From positions 13,082,001 through 13,146,000 of the forward strand of contig NC_087247.1 in the NCBI RefSeq assembly GCF_037042905.1: a DNA stretch of 64,000 bases, given 5' to 3'. Both the position numbers and the translations under genes were made by a program. The notes under the pieces are model-generated. The model worked only from the letters and a program-made list of their open reading frames with translations. It searched no databases and had not been told where the DNA came from. The stretch is from Lytechinus pictus (Eukaryota). Shown one piece after another: positions 52,812-64,000 of the stretch (position 1 is the stretch's first letter; each line of letters starts with the position of its first letter).

Positions 52812-52940
52812 ATTACAATAAAAGGTACAACAGCTCCCAGAGCCTAGGGACATAATTCATTTGTGTGATTATACTTCTACTACTACCTGTTATGCTCTCA
52901 TCTGTATATCTCCTGCAAACAAACTACCTTTAATTCCAGA
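52812..52940 (+). pseudogene. Decayed tandem duplicate of exon C5
   Basis: ag|attacaataaaaggtacaacagctccca...ctctcatctgtatatctcctgcaaacaaactacc matches C5 (ag|attaccataacagtacaacagctccca...ctctcacctgcacatctcctcctgcaaacgaagtacc) with indels and no donor. Confidence 0.75.
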
Positions 52941-52982
52941 AGAATTATCATTTTAATGTACCTTTTTTGTTTAATTGTTAAG

Positions 52983-53136
52983 ATTACCATAACAGTACAA
53001 CAGCTCCCACGTCTTACGGACAGCTTTCAATACAGGTGTGCCTTTGGTACCTATGAGGTCGATGCTGCTACATCTGGTGATACTCTCACCTGCACATCTC
53101 CTCCTGCAAACGAAGTACCTCCAATTCCTGCTGGAT
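52983..53136 (+). CDS. Constant exon C5 (IPT/TIG1: ITITVQQLPRLTDSFQYRCAFG...LTCTSPPANEVPPIPAG)
   Basis: gttaag| ... T|gtaagt, phase 0-1. Plexin TIG1 pattern LP...Y.C.F...C.SP. Confidence 0.88.
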
Positions 53137-53410
53137 GTAAGTACATGAAATGTAATTGCAAATTTTGATCTACACAGTGAAAACCCTCATACAGCCGAGT
53201 TGTTCTCTTGAAGTATTAAACAGGCCTAACATTTTTTTGTTGTTGATAATTTTGGACTTATTCTAGATTTTGATATTGGGGATAATTTAAGGGCAAGGTC
53301 AGTGTTCCATATGGCACATTTACTAAAGAAAATTCATGGAAATAAGAATGGCACAACAAATCTCCAAGGCAAATGAGAGGGGTATCAAGGCTCTCAAAGG
53401 GCAATCATGT

Positions 53411-56165
53411 ATAAAAAGTTATAATTGGTTGTACATAAAGAGCTTAAGAATAAAAGTTACAATCGGTTGTACATAAAGAGCTTAAGAATAAAAAGTTACA
53501 ATCAGTTGTACATAAAGAGCTTAAGAATAAAAAGTTACAATCAGTTGTACATAAAGAGCTTAAAAATAAAAAGTTATAATTGGTTGTACATAAAGAGCTT
53601 AAGAATAAAAAGTTACAATCGGTTGTACATAAAGAGCTTAAGAATAAAAAGTTACAATCGGTTGTACATAAAGAGCTTAGGAATAAAAAGTTACAATTGG
53701 TTGTACATAAAGAGCTTATGAATAAAAAGTTACAATCGGTTGTACATAAAGAGCTCAGGAATAAAAAGTTACGATCGGTTGTACATAAAGAGCTGAAGAA
53801 TAAAAAGATACAATTGGTTGTACATAAAGAGCTTATGAATAAAAAGTTACAATCGGTTGTACATAAAGAGCTTAAGAATAAAAAGTTACAATCGGTTGTA
53901 CATAAAGAGCTTAAGAATAAAAAGTTACAATTGGTTGTACATAAAGAGCTTATGAATAAAAAGTTACAATCGGTTGTACATAAAGAGCTCAGGAATAAAA
54001 AGTTACGATCGGTTGTACATAAAGAGCTTAAGAATAAAAAGTTACAATCGGTTGTACATAAAGAGCTTATGAATAAAAAGTTACGATCGGTTGTACATAA
54101 AGAGCTTAAGAATAAAAAGTTACAATCGGTTGTACATAAAGAGCTTAAGAATAAAAAGTTACAATTGGTTGTACATAAAGAGCTTATGAATAAAAAGTTA
54201 CAATCGGTTGTACATAAAGAGCTTATGAATAAAAAGTTACAATCGGTTGTACATAAAGAGCTCAGGAATAAAAAGTTACGATCGGTTGTACATAAAGAGC
54301 TTAAGAATAAAAAGTTACAATCGGTTGTACATAAAGAGCTTATGAATAAAAAGTTACAATCGGTTGTACATAAAGAGCTCAGGAATAAAAAGTTACAATT
54401 GGTTGTACATAAAGAGCTTATGAATAAAAAGTTACAATCGGTTGTACATAAAGAGCTTATGAATAAAAAGTTACAATCGGTTGTACATAAAGAGCTTAAG
54501 AATAAAAAGTTACAATCGGTTGTACATAAAGAGCTTATGAATAAAAAGTTACGATCGGTTGTACATAAAGAGCTTAAGAATAAAAAGTTACAATCGGTTG
54601 TACATAAAGAGCTCAGGAATAAAAAGTTACGATCGGTTGTACATAAAGAGCTTATGAATGAAAAGTTACAATTGGTTGTACATAAAGAGCTTAAGAATAA
54701 AAAGTTACAATCGGTTGTACATAAAGAGCTTAAGAATAAAAAGTTACAATCGGTTGTACATAAAGAGCTCAGGAATAAAAAGTTACGATCGGTTGTACAT
54801 AAAGAGCTTAAGAATAAAAAGTTACAATTGGTTGTACATAAAGAGCTTATGAATAAAAAGTTACAATCGGTTGTACATAAAGAGCTCAGGAATAAAAAGT
54901 TACAATCGGTTGTACATAAAGAGCTTATGAATGAAAAGTTACAATCAGTTGTACATAAAGAGCTTAAGAATAAAAAGTTACAATCGGTTGTACATAAAGA
55001 GCTTAAGAATAAAAAGTTACGATCGGTTGTACATAAAGAGCTTAAGAATAAAAAGTTACAATCGGTTGTACATAAAGAGCTTAAGAATAAAAAGTTACGA
55101 TCGGTTGTACATAAAGAGCTTAAGAATAAAAAGTTACGATCGGTTGTACATAAAGAGCTTAAGAATAAAAAGTTACGATCGGTTGTACATAAAGAGCTTA
55201 AGAATAAAAAGTTACGATCGGTTGTACATAAAGAGCTTAAGAATAAAAAGTTACGATCGGTTGTACATAAAGAGCTTATGAATAAAAAGTTACAATCGGT
55301 TGTACATAAAGAGCTTAAGAATAAAAAGTTACGATCGGTTGTACATAAGGAGCTTAAGAATAAAAAGTTACGATCGGTTGTACATAAAGAGCTTAAGAAT
55401 AAAAAGTTACAATCGGTTGTACATAAAGAGCTCAGGAATAAAAAGTTACAATCGGTTGTACATAAAGAGCTCAGGAATAAAAAGTTACAATCAGTTGTAC
55501 ATAACGAGCTTAAGAATAAAAAGTTACAATCGGTTGTACATAAAGAGCTTAAGAATAAAAAGTTACAATCGGTTGTACATAAAGAGCTTAAGAATAAAAA
55601 GTTACGATCGGTTGTACATAAAGAGCTTAAGAATAAAAAGTTACAATCGGTTGTACATAAAGAGCTTAAGAATAAAAAGTTACGATCGGTTGTACATAAA
55701 GAGCTTAAGAATAAAAAGTTACGATCGGTTGTACATAAAGAGCTTAAGAATAAAAAGTTACGATCGGTTGTACATAAAGAGCTTAAGAATAAAAAGTTAC
55801 AATCGGTTCTACATAAAGAGCTTAAGAATAAAAAGTTACAATCGGTTGTACATAAAGAGCTTAAGAATAAAAAGTTACGATCGGTTGTACATAAAGAGCT
55901 TAAGAATAAAAAGTTACAATTGGTTGTACATAAAGAGCTTAAGAATAAAAAGTTACGATCGGTTGTACATAAAGAGCTTATGAATGAAAAGTTACAATTG
56001 GTTGTACATAAAGAGCTTATGAATAAAAAGTTACAATCGGTTGTACATAAAGAGCTTAAGAATAAAAAAGTTACAATAGGTTGTACATAAAGAGCTTAAG
56101 AATAAAAAGTGACAATCAGTTGTACATAAAGAGCTTATGAATGAAAAGTTACGATCGGTTGTACA
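53411..56165. repeat. 39-bp minisatellite (~70 copies) in intron C5-C6
   Basis: Unit ATAAAAAGTTACAATCGGTTGTACATAAAGAGCTTAAGA with a few recurring variants. Confidence 0.97.
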
Positions 56166-56359
56166 CTTTAAAATATGTCCAAAGTGAAATTGGCAAACCC
56201 TGAGCTTACTCTAATGGTTTGATATAAATATATATTAAATCAAACCATTTTTAAATTTTATTAATCATTTATCATAATTGATATTTTCATCATTAAATAT
56301 TCATGTATGTGATTTTCTGCATTGAGATGACCTTTCATTCCTTTTTTCATTATTTCTAG

Positions 56360-56459
56360 CATACTTTGTGTCAGTGGATCTGTCTATTGTGTCAACTGAA
56401 ACAAAGGTCAAATTTGTGGCCACAGATTTCTCCTTCTTTGGGTGCAGTCTCATCAAATC
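56360..56459 (+). CDS. Constant exon C6 (SYFVSVDLSIVSTETKVKFVATDFSFFGCSLIKS)
   Basis: tttctag| ... TC|gtaagt, phase 1-2. Confidence 0.86.
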
Positions 56460-57643
56460 GTAAGTGCTTGGTTTTTATACCGTAAATAATGTTATATTTC
56501 ATGTAATTAATATCTTCTGCTATGAGAAATGATTAGGGCTGAGTCATTACATGTTTTATTTGATAAGTCACTGCTCCTGATATTTTGGCATAAACCTGTG
56601 GACCACTAAAATAAAGAAAAACATTAGAAATTCATTGCCACCAAAGACTATGAATATCAACCACTGTAAGGCCTATATTTTTTTAAATACTGTTTTGTAC
56701 TATTATTTCATTTATTTTGATATATTATTTCATATTTTAATTAGATGTTTATTTCTTGTTTGCACTGGTATTGGAGATGATGGGAATATGCTTGTTAAAA
56801 GCAATTATTACATCTGATATTATGCATTTGGTATCACCTGTGCCTGGGAGGCAAAAAGCGAACTGAAATCACTCTGACCCGCAGGTCTCTCTTCCCGATA
56901 TATCTGACTGGGGGAGTGCAGGTTTCCCCCTACTCTTATATGAATAGTGCAGTGGGTTCTTAATGTGCAAAGGTGGTGACTCTTCTATACACAGGGCCTC
57001 CATTTAACGTCCTATCCGAGGGACAGAGTGTTTTCCACTGTAACAAAGTTCATGTTGAATTCTGCAGTTTTCCTCACTAGAACATTTCCCATTTCTAATG
57101 TACATGGAGGCCTAAGATGAAGAATTCATTGGAGTGGTGATTAGCAGACATGCATCAAAATGCAAATAAAAGGTCTTTGCAAAAAACATATCTAAATCAA
57201 ACTGAAATTATATAAATTACAGTCATTGCAAACTTGAACTCTGACATAGCCAATTAAAAAAGTTTTGAAGTAGTTATCCTTTGACGTCTGGTGGAGGCCC
57301 CAACCTTGATTGTGTCTATCTGACTTTTGCACATATTTTTTTTTTCACATATTAATTAGATCTAAACTCAGCAAGTTTGTTGGAAAGTTCATGACATTGA
57401 GGAACGTCCTCAAAATGTTGAAATGTGGAGCACATAACATTTCCTCCAGTCAAGCTTATCATTTTACTCCCTACCATTAAAAAATTTTTTTTTAGTAAGA
57501 CAGGTGATGTCCTCAGACTATTTTGATTGCTATTCTCCTTTACGGTTGTGGATAGAAGCAAAATCCCTTTCAATTTATAGTCATGTTGCTTTGAAATATA
57601 TATTCTTTTAAAAATGAAACAATTTTTTGGTACATATATTCAG

Positions 57644-57761
57644 ATGTTCAGCCTGTGTGACAGTTGACTTTCCATGTGACTGGTGTGTGTATGACAACAA
57701 GTGTACAGACGATAGCAGCTCAGAATGTCAGGCAGGAGATACAGTTATCATTGGAGATAAT
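57644..57761 (+). CDS. Constant exon C7 (PSI2: CSACVTVDFPCDWCVYDNKCTDD...)
   Basis: attcag| ... AAT|gtaagc, phase 2-0. C..CV....PC.WC....KCT motif. Confidence 0.9.
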
Positions 57762-57870
57762 GTAAGCAGATGATGAGATTATATGCATTGTATAATTTTG
57801 TAACAGACTATGCTCAGGATTGTTTATGTTTATAATATATGTACACTGGAAAAAGAAACTATTCTCTTAA

Positions 57871-58473
57871 AGGTAAAGTCCACCCCAGAAGAAATTTGAT
57901 TTTAATAAATAGAGAAAAATCAAACTAGCATAATGCTGAAAATTTGATCAAAATCGGATGTAAAATAAGAAAGTTATGACAATTTCAAAGTTTCGCTTAT
58001 TTTTAACAAAATAGTTATATGAACGAGCCAGTTACATCCAAATGAGAGAGTCGATGATGTCATTCACTCACTATTTCTTTTGTTTTTTATTGTTTGAATT
58101 ATACAATATTTCAATTTTTACGAATTTGATGATTAGGACCTCCTGCCTGAAGCACAAAATGTTAAAATAATGGAATTCCACGTGTTCAGGGAGGAATAAA
58201 ACTTCATTTCACATGACAATGACGAGAAAATCCAAATATTTCATATTTCATATAATAAAATACAAAAGATATAGTGAGTGAATGACGTCATCAGTCTCCT
58301 CATTTGCATACCGACCAGGATGTGCATATAACTGTTTTGTGAAATTAAGCGAAACTTTAAAATATCATAACTTCCTTATTTTACATCCGATTTTGATGAA
58401 ATTTTCAGTGTTATGTTTGTTGGATTTTTCTCTTTTTATTCAAGTCAACTTATTGTTGGGGTGGACTTGTCCT
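57871..58473. mobile_element. Kolobok-like MITE, copy 2
   Basis: TTAA TSD, TIR AGG..AAGTCCACCCC. Confidence 0.78.
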
Positions 58474-59267
58474 TTAACTTTCCTCTAAACTTAATTTTCA
58501 TAGCAATAGATTATTACAGTATGATATTGTTTTTTATCACTTTCTTATCTGAGGGTGGTATACAGTGTATTTACAATCTGTATTTGTGTTGAATGGTTTA
58601 AGATGGTTTCCATATCATTTTGAAAATGTATAGGTTAAATTTTGCATATCCAATAAAATTTGCCACACTTTGATTTGTGTTATGAAACATTTGAATATAA
58701 AGTCTGTGTACCTAACTAGTTGTGGTTTATATGAAAAGACTGTGGGGATGATGACTGGCCTTTTATCACTTGCATATTATTTGCTCAAAGAATAAATTTA
58801 TTTGAAGTACCCAGGTTTTGGAATCATTGTCCAACGAAATAACTAACTGTTTATCCTTAAGTACATTAAAGTGTAAATTAAAATCCTTTTTTTTATCCAG
58901 CTATATGGACTCGGTTTAGACGCACTGGCTGAACACTGAATTTGCGTTGTACCTTTTTATACTTTCCCTCTCATTCTTTACCCCGCGATTTCTTAATATA
59001 CACTTAATCTGGCTCTTCCTATGTAGTCTGAACTTTTTGTAAGTGTCTGATCTCCTTGATAATTTCATAATTAGATTAAAGGAACCTGTAGACATTACAA
59101 GCTCTGTTTTTTATGCAGGTTCCTTCATATTTCACTTTCATTATCATAATCTTCTGTATTTTGTATATAATCAAATGTATTTCTTGTATATTGTGTTATT
59201 ATATTTTGTTATATATTTTGTGAAGTATGAAAATAAATTCAATACAATGTTTTAAAATTCATTGTAG

Positions 59268-59405
59268 AATCATGTTGGTAGTGGAAATCGAGGACAGGAA
59301 TTTTGTCCCCAGCTGCTTGGAGCAACTGAATCCTTTCTGATCCCAGTCAACATTCCTTCCCGTTTCTCACTGTCTGCAAAGAATCTTCCTACAGATCCAT
59401 CTCAG
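59268..59405 (+). CDS. Constant exon C8 (NHVGSGNRGQEFCPQLLGATESFLIPVNIPSRFSLSAKNLPTDPSQ)
   Basis: ttgtag| ... CAG|gtaatt, phase 0-0. Plexin CPQL...LIP....AKNLP motif. Confidence 0.9.
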
Positions 59406-59974
59406 GTAATTGTATTTGTGACTTGAAAATATAGTAAGATTTATTCTTATATTTTCATCTATATCTTGGTATATATTTTTCATAGCACACATAATTCTTC
59501 ACAATTTTCTATGCTATTGCAAATGGGTACAATATGTGCATTCTTATTTTATAGAAACAATAACAAAATGATACCAGACTGCAGTGCAGATAAAAACTCC
59601 TATAACATAATTAGAATTGTTGATTTGCAGAACTTCTCAATATTTATGAAAATATTTTTCAAATAATGTTCTCCTTAACTCTTCTTTTCCAAAGACAAGT
59701 GATAATTGAATGTTCTTTGATCTCAGACAGAGCCGTTGTGGATGCAAGTGTGTGTTTGTGTATAAAATTAGCTGCTACAATTTCATTAGGTGTGTGTGTG
59801 TAATTGCATAATACAGACGTGTATCAATCAGATATGATTATTCACGTCTGGAACCTATCTTTAACGCCACCATCCGAAAGACGTGACCAGAACTTCCTCC
59901 ATGTAGAGCTTGAATTACAGGCATAAGCCTCTTCACCCAGTTTTCTTGACTAAATTGTTTTCATATTTTTCCAG

Positions 59975-60076
59975 GGCCTACAAAGATATGAGTGCATCCT
60001 TGACATTGAAGGAGAAGAAGTGAGAGTAGCCAGTGCTGAATTTACTGAAACCTACATCCTCTGTAATGATAAGGAG
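59975..60076 (+). CDS. Constant exon C9 (GLQRYECILDIEGEEVRVASAEFTETYILCNDKE)
   Basis: ttccag| ... GAG|gtaaca, phase 0-0. YECIL.I.G motif. Confidence 0.88.
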
Positions 60077-60635
60077 GTAACAACAAGACTTAATAATCAT
60101 TATCTAATGCGAATATAGTAAAATTTGTTACACTTAATAATAAATCTGTTGGTATTTGTTTGTATTCATTTTTTTGTATTCCAGTATTTAAATTTTCACC
60201 CCTATCTATTTACATTTATCTTGAAGTTTGAGTGCTTATAAATACTGATTCAAGTTTGAAAAAATAGTTATTTGATCTTGAAAAATAATCATATTGAAGA
60301 ACATTTCACCACATAACGATACTGGTTGTGTTGACCATACAAAGTGAGAATCATTGATGTCTTTAATTCACTTAACAATTCTAGTGCGAGCATATTAGAT
60401 TTCTTTTATCCCAAATAACTTTGAAATCTATAATCTCTAGAAGGTCAGATTTGAGATTTATTGATGTCTTTATTATTCAATAACAATTCTAGCAAGCATA
60501 TTAGATTTCTTTTATCTCAAATAACTTGGAAATCTATAATCTCTAGGTAAGATTTGAGATGTTCACATTTCCTGTAAGTAGAATTGCAAAGTTGACCACC
60601 GTTGAATTGAAAAATTATGTTGCTATCTCTTTTAA

Positions 60636-61232
60636 AGGTCAAGTCCACCCCAACAAAATGTTGATTTGAATAAATAGAGAAAAATCAAACTAGCATAACA
60701 CTGAAAATTTCATCAAAATCGGATATAAAATAAGAAAGTTATGGCATTTAAAAGTTTCACTTATTTTTCACAAAAACGTGATATGCACATCTCAGTGACA
60801 TGCAAATGAGACAGTCGATGATGTCCATCACTCACTATTTCTTTTGTTTTTTATTGTTTGAATTATACAATATTTCATTTTTTACAGATTTGACAATAAG
60901 GACCAACTTGACTAAACCATATATTATTAAAACAATGCTAATTCCACATGTTCAGGGAGGAATTACTCTTTGTTTCACTTGACAATGAGGAGAAAGTTAG
61001 AATATTTCATATAATGAAATACAAAAGAAATAGTGAGTGGATGACGTCATCAGTTTACTCATTTGCATACCGACCAAGATGTACATATAACTGTTTTGTG
61101 AAATTAAGCAAAACTTTAAAATGTCATAACTTTCTTATTTTACATCCGATTTTGATGAAATTTTCAGTGTTAGGCTTGTTGGACTTTTCTCTATTTATTC
61201 AAATCAACTAATGGTTGGGGTGGACTTGTCCT
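60636..61232. mobile_element. Kolobok-like MITE, copy 3
   Basis: TTAA TSD, same TIR. Confidence 0.78.
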
Positions 61233-61272
61233 TTAAATAACATTTTGCATAATCTGTATTAACTTATTTCAG

Positions 61273-61366
61273 TATATTTACGATGAGAATGCCATTCAGA
61301 AGAACATCAGTGTCTCCGTAAAGTGGAATGGGCAGAACACAATCGATGACCATTCAGATTCATTTG
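61273..61366 (+). CDS. Constant exon C10 (YIYDENAIQKNISVSVKWNGQNTIDDHSDSF)
   Basis: tttcag| ... G|gtaaga, phase 0-1. Plexin 'V.WNG...ID' motif. Confidence 0.88.
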
Positions 61367-61584
61367 GTAAGATATAGAAATATATGGAAAAATCATGGTA
61401 TATGCACAAAATACCAATAACTGTTTAATATGTGAATAGTATTAAGTTGATTAAAGTCTTTAGTATAGGCCTAACTCAATCATGATACAAATAACAATTT
61501 GAATTCAACAACCCCCCCCCCCCTAGAAAATGAACAATATTAACTAAAAAAATATCTCTATTTTTTTTTCTATTTCTTTTACAG

Positions 61585-61775
61585 TCACTCTTTATAAGTG
61601 TTCTATTAATGGTGGAAGTTGCAGTCGATGTCTTTCCCAAGAAGCTACCCCATCTGTCTTGAACTGTGGTTGGTGCGGTGATGACTGCAATGTCATTCAG
61701 AGTGATGTTTGCCAGAATAATGGGTTTCTCCATCAGAATGAGACGCAGCAATGTCCATCACCAGTTATTACCAAG
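61585..61775 (+). CDS. Constant exon C11 (PSI3: VTLYKCSINGGSCSRCLS...NCGWCGDDC...QCPSPVITK)
   Basis: ttacag| ... AAG|gttaga, phase 1-0. LYKC...SC..CL...CGWC...CP.P.IT motif. Confidence 0.92.
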
Positions 61776-62334
61776 GTTAGAGGAGTATTGTTCACACAGA
61801 TTATAAGGCTCATGAAGTAGTTCAGAATTGCTGCAGTTCACTACTATTTTTGTTTTCATGTGGCGAAAATCACCCTGCATTTGTTTACTCGCTGTACAAA
61901 CCCAAAGTCTTGTAAAGAGAGAGATGAAGAATCACCCAAGGACAATTGAAAGCTTGATAGAACCTGATGTTAGGTCTTATTTTTGGCCCAAAGTATTACT
62001 GCAGCATATCCAACCAAGCCTTGATGCATTGGAATATTTTATACATACCTGCCCTGTAGACAGGGTTTTCAATTAGGGGGTGTAATCCCTTCTCTCTTCC
62101 CTTTTCTTATTCTTTTCATCTCCTATTTTGACAATTTCAGGGGGTTCGATTGAACCCTGAACTTTGGGCATACTTACAATTTTGGGGGTTGTTTTTTAAT
62201 TCTCGATACTATTAATATTATTAAATATAAACAGTATTCATTTTTCGTATCATAGACATAAAGAATCAAATATGTTATTCCAAACAAACATTCTCAACTT
62301 TTTAATTATTTCTTTTGATTTTGTTTCCTTCAAG

Positions 62335-62489
62335 TTCAACCCAATGTCAGGTCCAATTGGTGGGCGTACCAGGTTAGAAGTCATCGGAACTGATATAGGA
62401 GTGGTATTTGAGGATGTTCTCCAAATTCATATTCAAGACTTGGAATGCGATAAGACTGACATGGATGAATATTACCAGGCAGGACAGAG
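62335..62489 (+). CDS. Constant exon C12 (IPT3: FNPMSGPIGGRTRLEVIGTDIG...)
   Basis: ttcaag| ... AG|gtaaat, phase 0-2. IPT signature P.SGP..G.T...I.G. Confidence 0.9.
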
Positions 62490-62539
62490 GTAAATCTCAT
62501 GTTTTACTCTCTACTTTTTCCCTTTTCCATTACTCTATA

Positions 62540-62760
62540 GTGGGCGTTGTGGCCCAGTGGATTAGCCTCAGGACTTTCAAACAAAGGGTCGTGGGTTCAA
62601 ATCCCAGCCATGGCTTGGTTTCCTTCAGCAAGGTGAGGTACCTGGTAGGAATTAATGCCTTCAAATGTGTGTGCACGGTAAGTAATTGAGGCCTCCAAGC
62701 CAAAGCCAGGGTGATAACATCCATGTCCTTTCGAAGCACATAGAGATGTTATATTCAAAT
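62540..62760 (+). mobile_element. Degenerate copy of the same tRNA-SINE head family
   Basis: gtgggcgttgtggcccagtggattag...gggttcaaatcccagccatggc matches the head at 13587. Confidence 0.7.
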
Positions 62761-63403
62761 AACAAAATAAATCTGAAAGTTAATGCTTTCTTTCTTTCCA
62801 ATCAAATGTTTATTCAAAGTTTGATACTCACATTTTTGACGTCCCCTACATTGTCATCAGGAGTAAATGACAATGATTAGATCAATCATAATAAAATGTT
62901 TTGAATAAACATTTGATTGGCAAAAAAAGCATTAACTTTTAGATTGGTGTTTTTTTATGTATTACTGAGGTTATGAAGATTTGAATCAGTGATAGGATAC
63001 ACCATCACATGATCATAGCTGTAAGAATCGCATTTCTCGGTTTAGAAATCACCTCAGTGAATATAACTGCATTTTATTGTAAACTGCTACTTTATATTGC
63101 AAGGAGGTGACGTCACCCACTGCTTATAAGTAATCAGGTAGATTTATTGGGATTGCTCTGAGGAACTTTTGATTTTAATAGGCTCCTCCTATTTATTTTC
63201 TTCCCCCCCCCCCCATTTATATGAATAAAGATAGATGTAAACTGAAATGTATGGATTTTTTTCTTTACTTTTACTTTTCTCAATGGTGCATCAGGCCTTC
63301 TAAATGGATAAGAAAGGCAATGAAGTCAAAGAACTTTAACTGTGTGATGAAAATGAGCTGTATTTGTCTCATTACACTCAATGTTTTTGTGTTTGTTTTC
63401 CAG

Positions 63404-63518
63404 TGTAAGTTGCATGACAAGTATATCTACTGAAGTATTATCAGAACCCATTGGAATCACTGTGATGTCAGGTAATGGAAATAAGACTGGGCAAAGCACT
63501 CAAGATTTTCAGTACAGG
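63404..63518 (+). CDS. Constant exon C13 (SVSCMTSISTEVLSEPIGITVMSGNGNKTGQSTQDFQYR)
   Basis: ttccag| ... AGG|gtaagt, phase 2-0. Ends in the IPT 'F.Y' motif. Confidence 0.87.
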
Positions 63519-63552
63519 GTAAGTTTGATTTTGTTTGCTTGTTTTCTTTTAT

Positions 63553-63660
63553 TTGCATGGCAAGTATATCAACTGAAGTATAATCAGCACCAATTGAGAT
63601 CACAGTGATATCAGGTAATATACATGTAGATAGCACAGAGCACAAGACTTTCAATATAGG
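63553..63660 (+). pseudogene. Decayed tandem duplicate of exon C13
   Basis: ttgcatggcaagtatatcaactgaagtaTAAtcag...caagactttcaatatagg|gttagt parallels C13. In-frame TAA; acceptor lost. Confidence 0.78.
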
Positions 63661-64000
63661 GTTAGTTATGTTATATGAAATATCACATTGAAATGATTGC
63701 TGTTTGTGTGTGTGTTTTTTAATCCTGATCACTCTAAAAAATATTAGGTAAAAATGCTCCATGAGGGTTATTACGTATCCAACCAACATTGGGCACTTCT
63801 TTCGGGCATTTTTATTTATCCAGTGGGATGAAAATTTTGCCCATTCTAAAGTAATTGCTGCTTATTTTTTAACCTTACTGGACAATATGCTTCCCCCATT
63901 GGGTAAAATACTGCCCCAATATTGGTTGGACACATAATTACCCTTATGCTTGTTAAAATTTTACCAAATATTTTTTACAGGGATGAAGGTCATAAGGATA

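Larger units (their letters stand above)
2517..63518 (+). other. Plexin-like receptor locus: cluster of variable 5' Sema exons (V1-V6) plus a shared set of constant exons (3' part outside the window)
   Basis: Joining exons by hand at GT-AG boundaries gives an uninterrupted ~930-aa signal-Sema-PSI-IPT-PSI-IPT-PSI-IPT protein. This is the plexin ectodomain order; MET/RON and semaphorins have a single PSI. Confidence 0.88.

Noticed and set aside
53580-56090. 836-aa (KKLQSVVHKELKN)n ORF or CRISPR-like array
   Set aside because: A pure 39-bp tandem repeat with a TTG start, inside a phase-consistent plexin intron. No unique spacers and no cas genes; eukaryotic context.
39781-63518. MET/RON receptor or semaphorin identity
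   Set aside because: Three PSI domains alternating with IPT domains match plexins. The subfamily and gene symbol cannot be assigned without the cytoplasmic region or a phylogeny.

Overview
AT-rich, repeat-rich animal DNA with spliceosomal introns. The repeat content suggests an invertebrate deuterostome, probably a sea urchin (inference). The window holds the 5' part of one plexin-type receptor gene on the + strand (signal peptide-Sema-PSI-IPT-PSI-IPT-PSI-IPT, continuing past the right edge) with a clustered-protocadherin/UGT1A-like layout. Six tandem ~1.03-kb paralogous 'variable' exons (V1-V6, 2.5-35 kb) each encode a signal peptide plus most of the Sema domain. Each has its own conserved upstream element and putative non-coding leader exon, and each ends at the same phase-0 GT(A/G)AGT donor. 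V1, V2 and V5 are intact, V4 has a 1-bp frameshift, and V3 and V6 are pseudo-exons. The window starts inside a spacer, so the array probably extends further left. A single set of 'constant' exons follows (39.8-63.5 kb), and their phases chain without a break. The first constant exon is duplicated (C1a/C1b, 55 nt apart, probably mutually exclusive), and two others have decayed tandem copies. Spacers and introns carry a PIF/Harbinger transposon (transposase plus Myb/MADF gene, both with stops) with nested MITEs inside an L2-type LINE remnant, a solo LTR, tRNA-derived SINEs, hAT-, Kolobok-, Academ- and Tc1-like elements, and a 39-bp minisatellite that produces the spurious 836-aa ORF.
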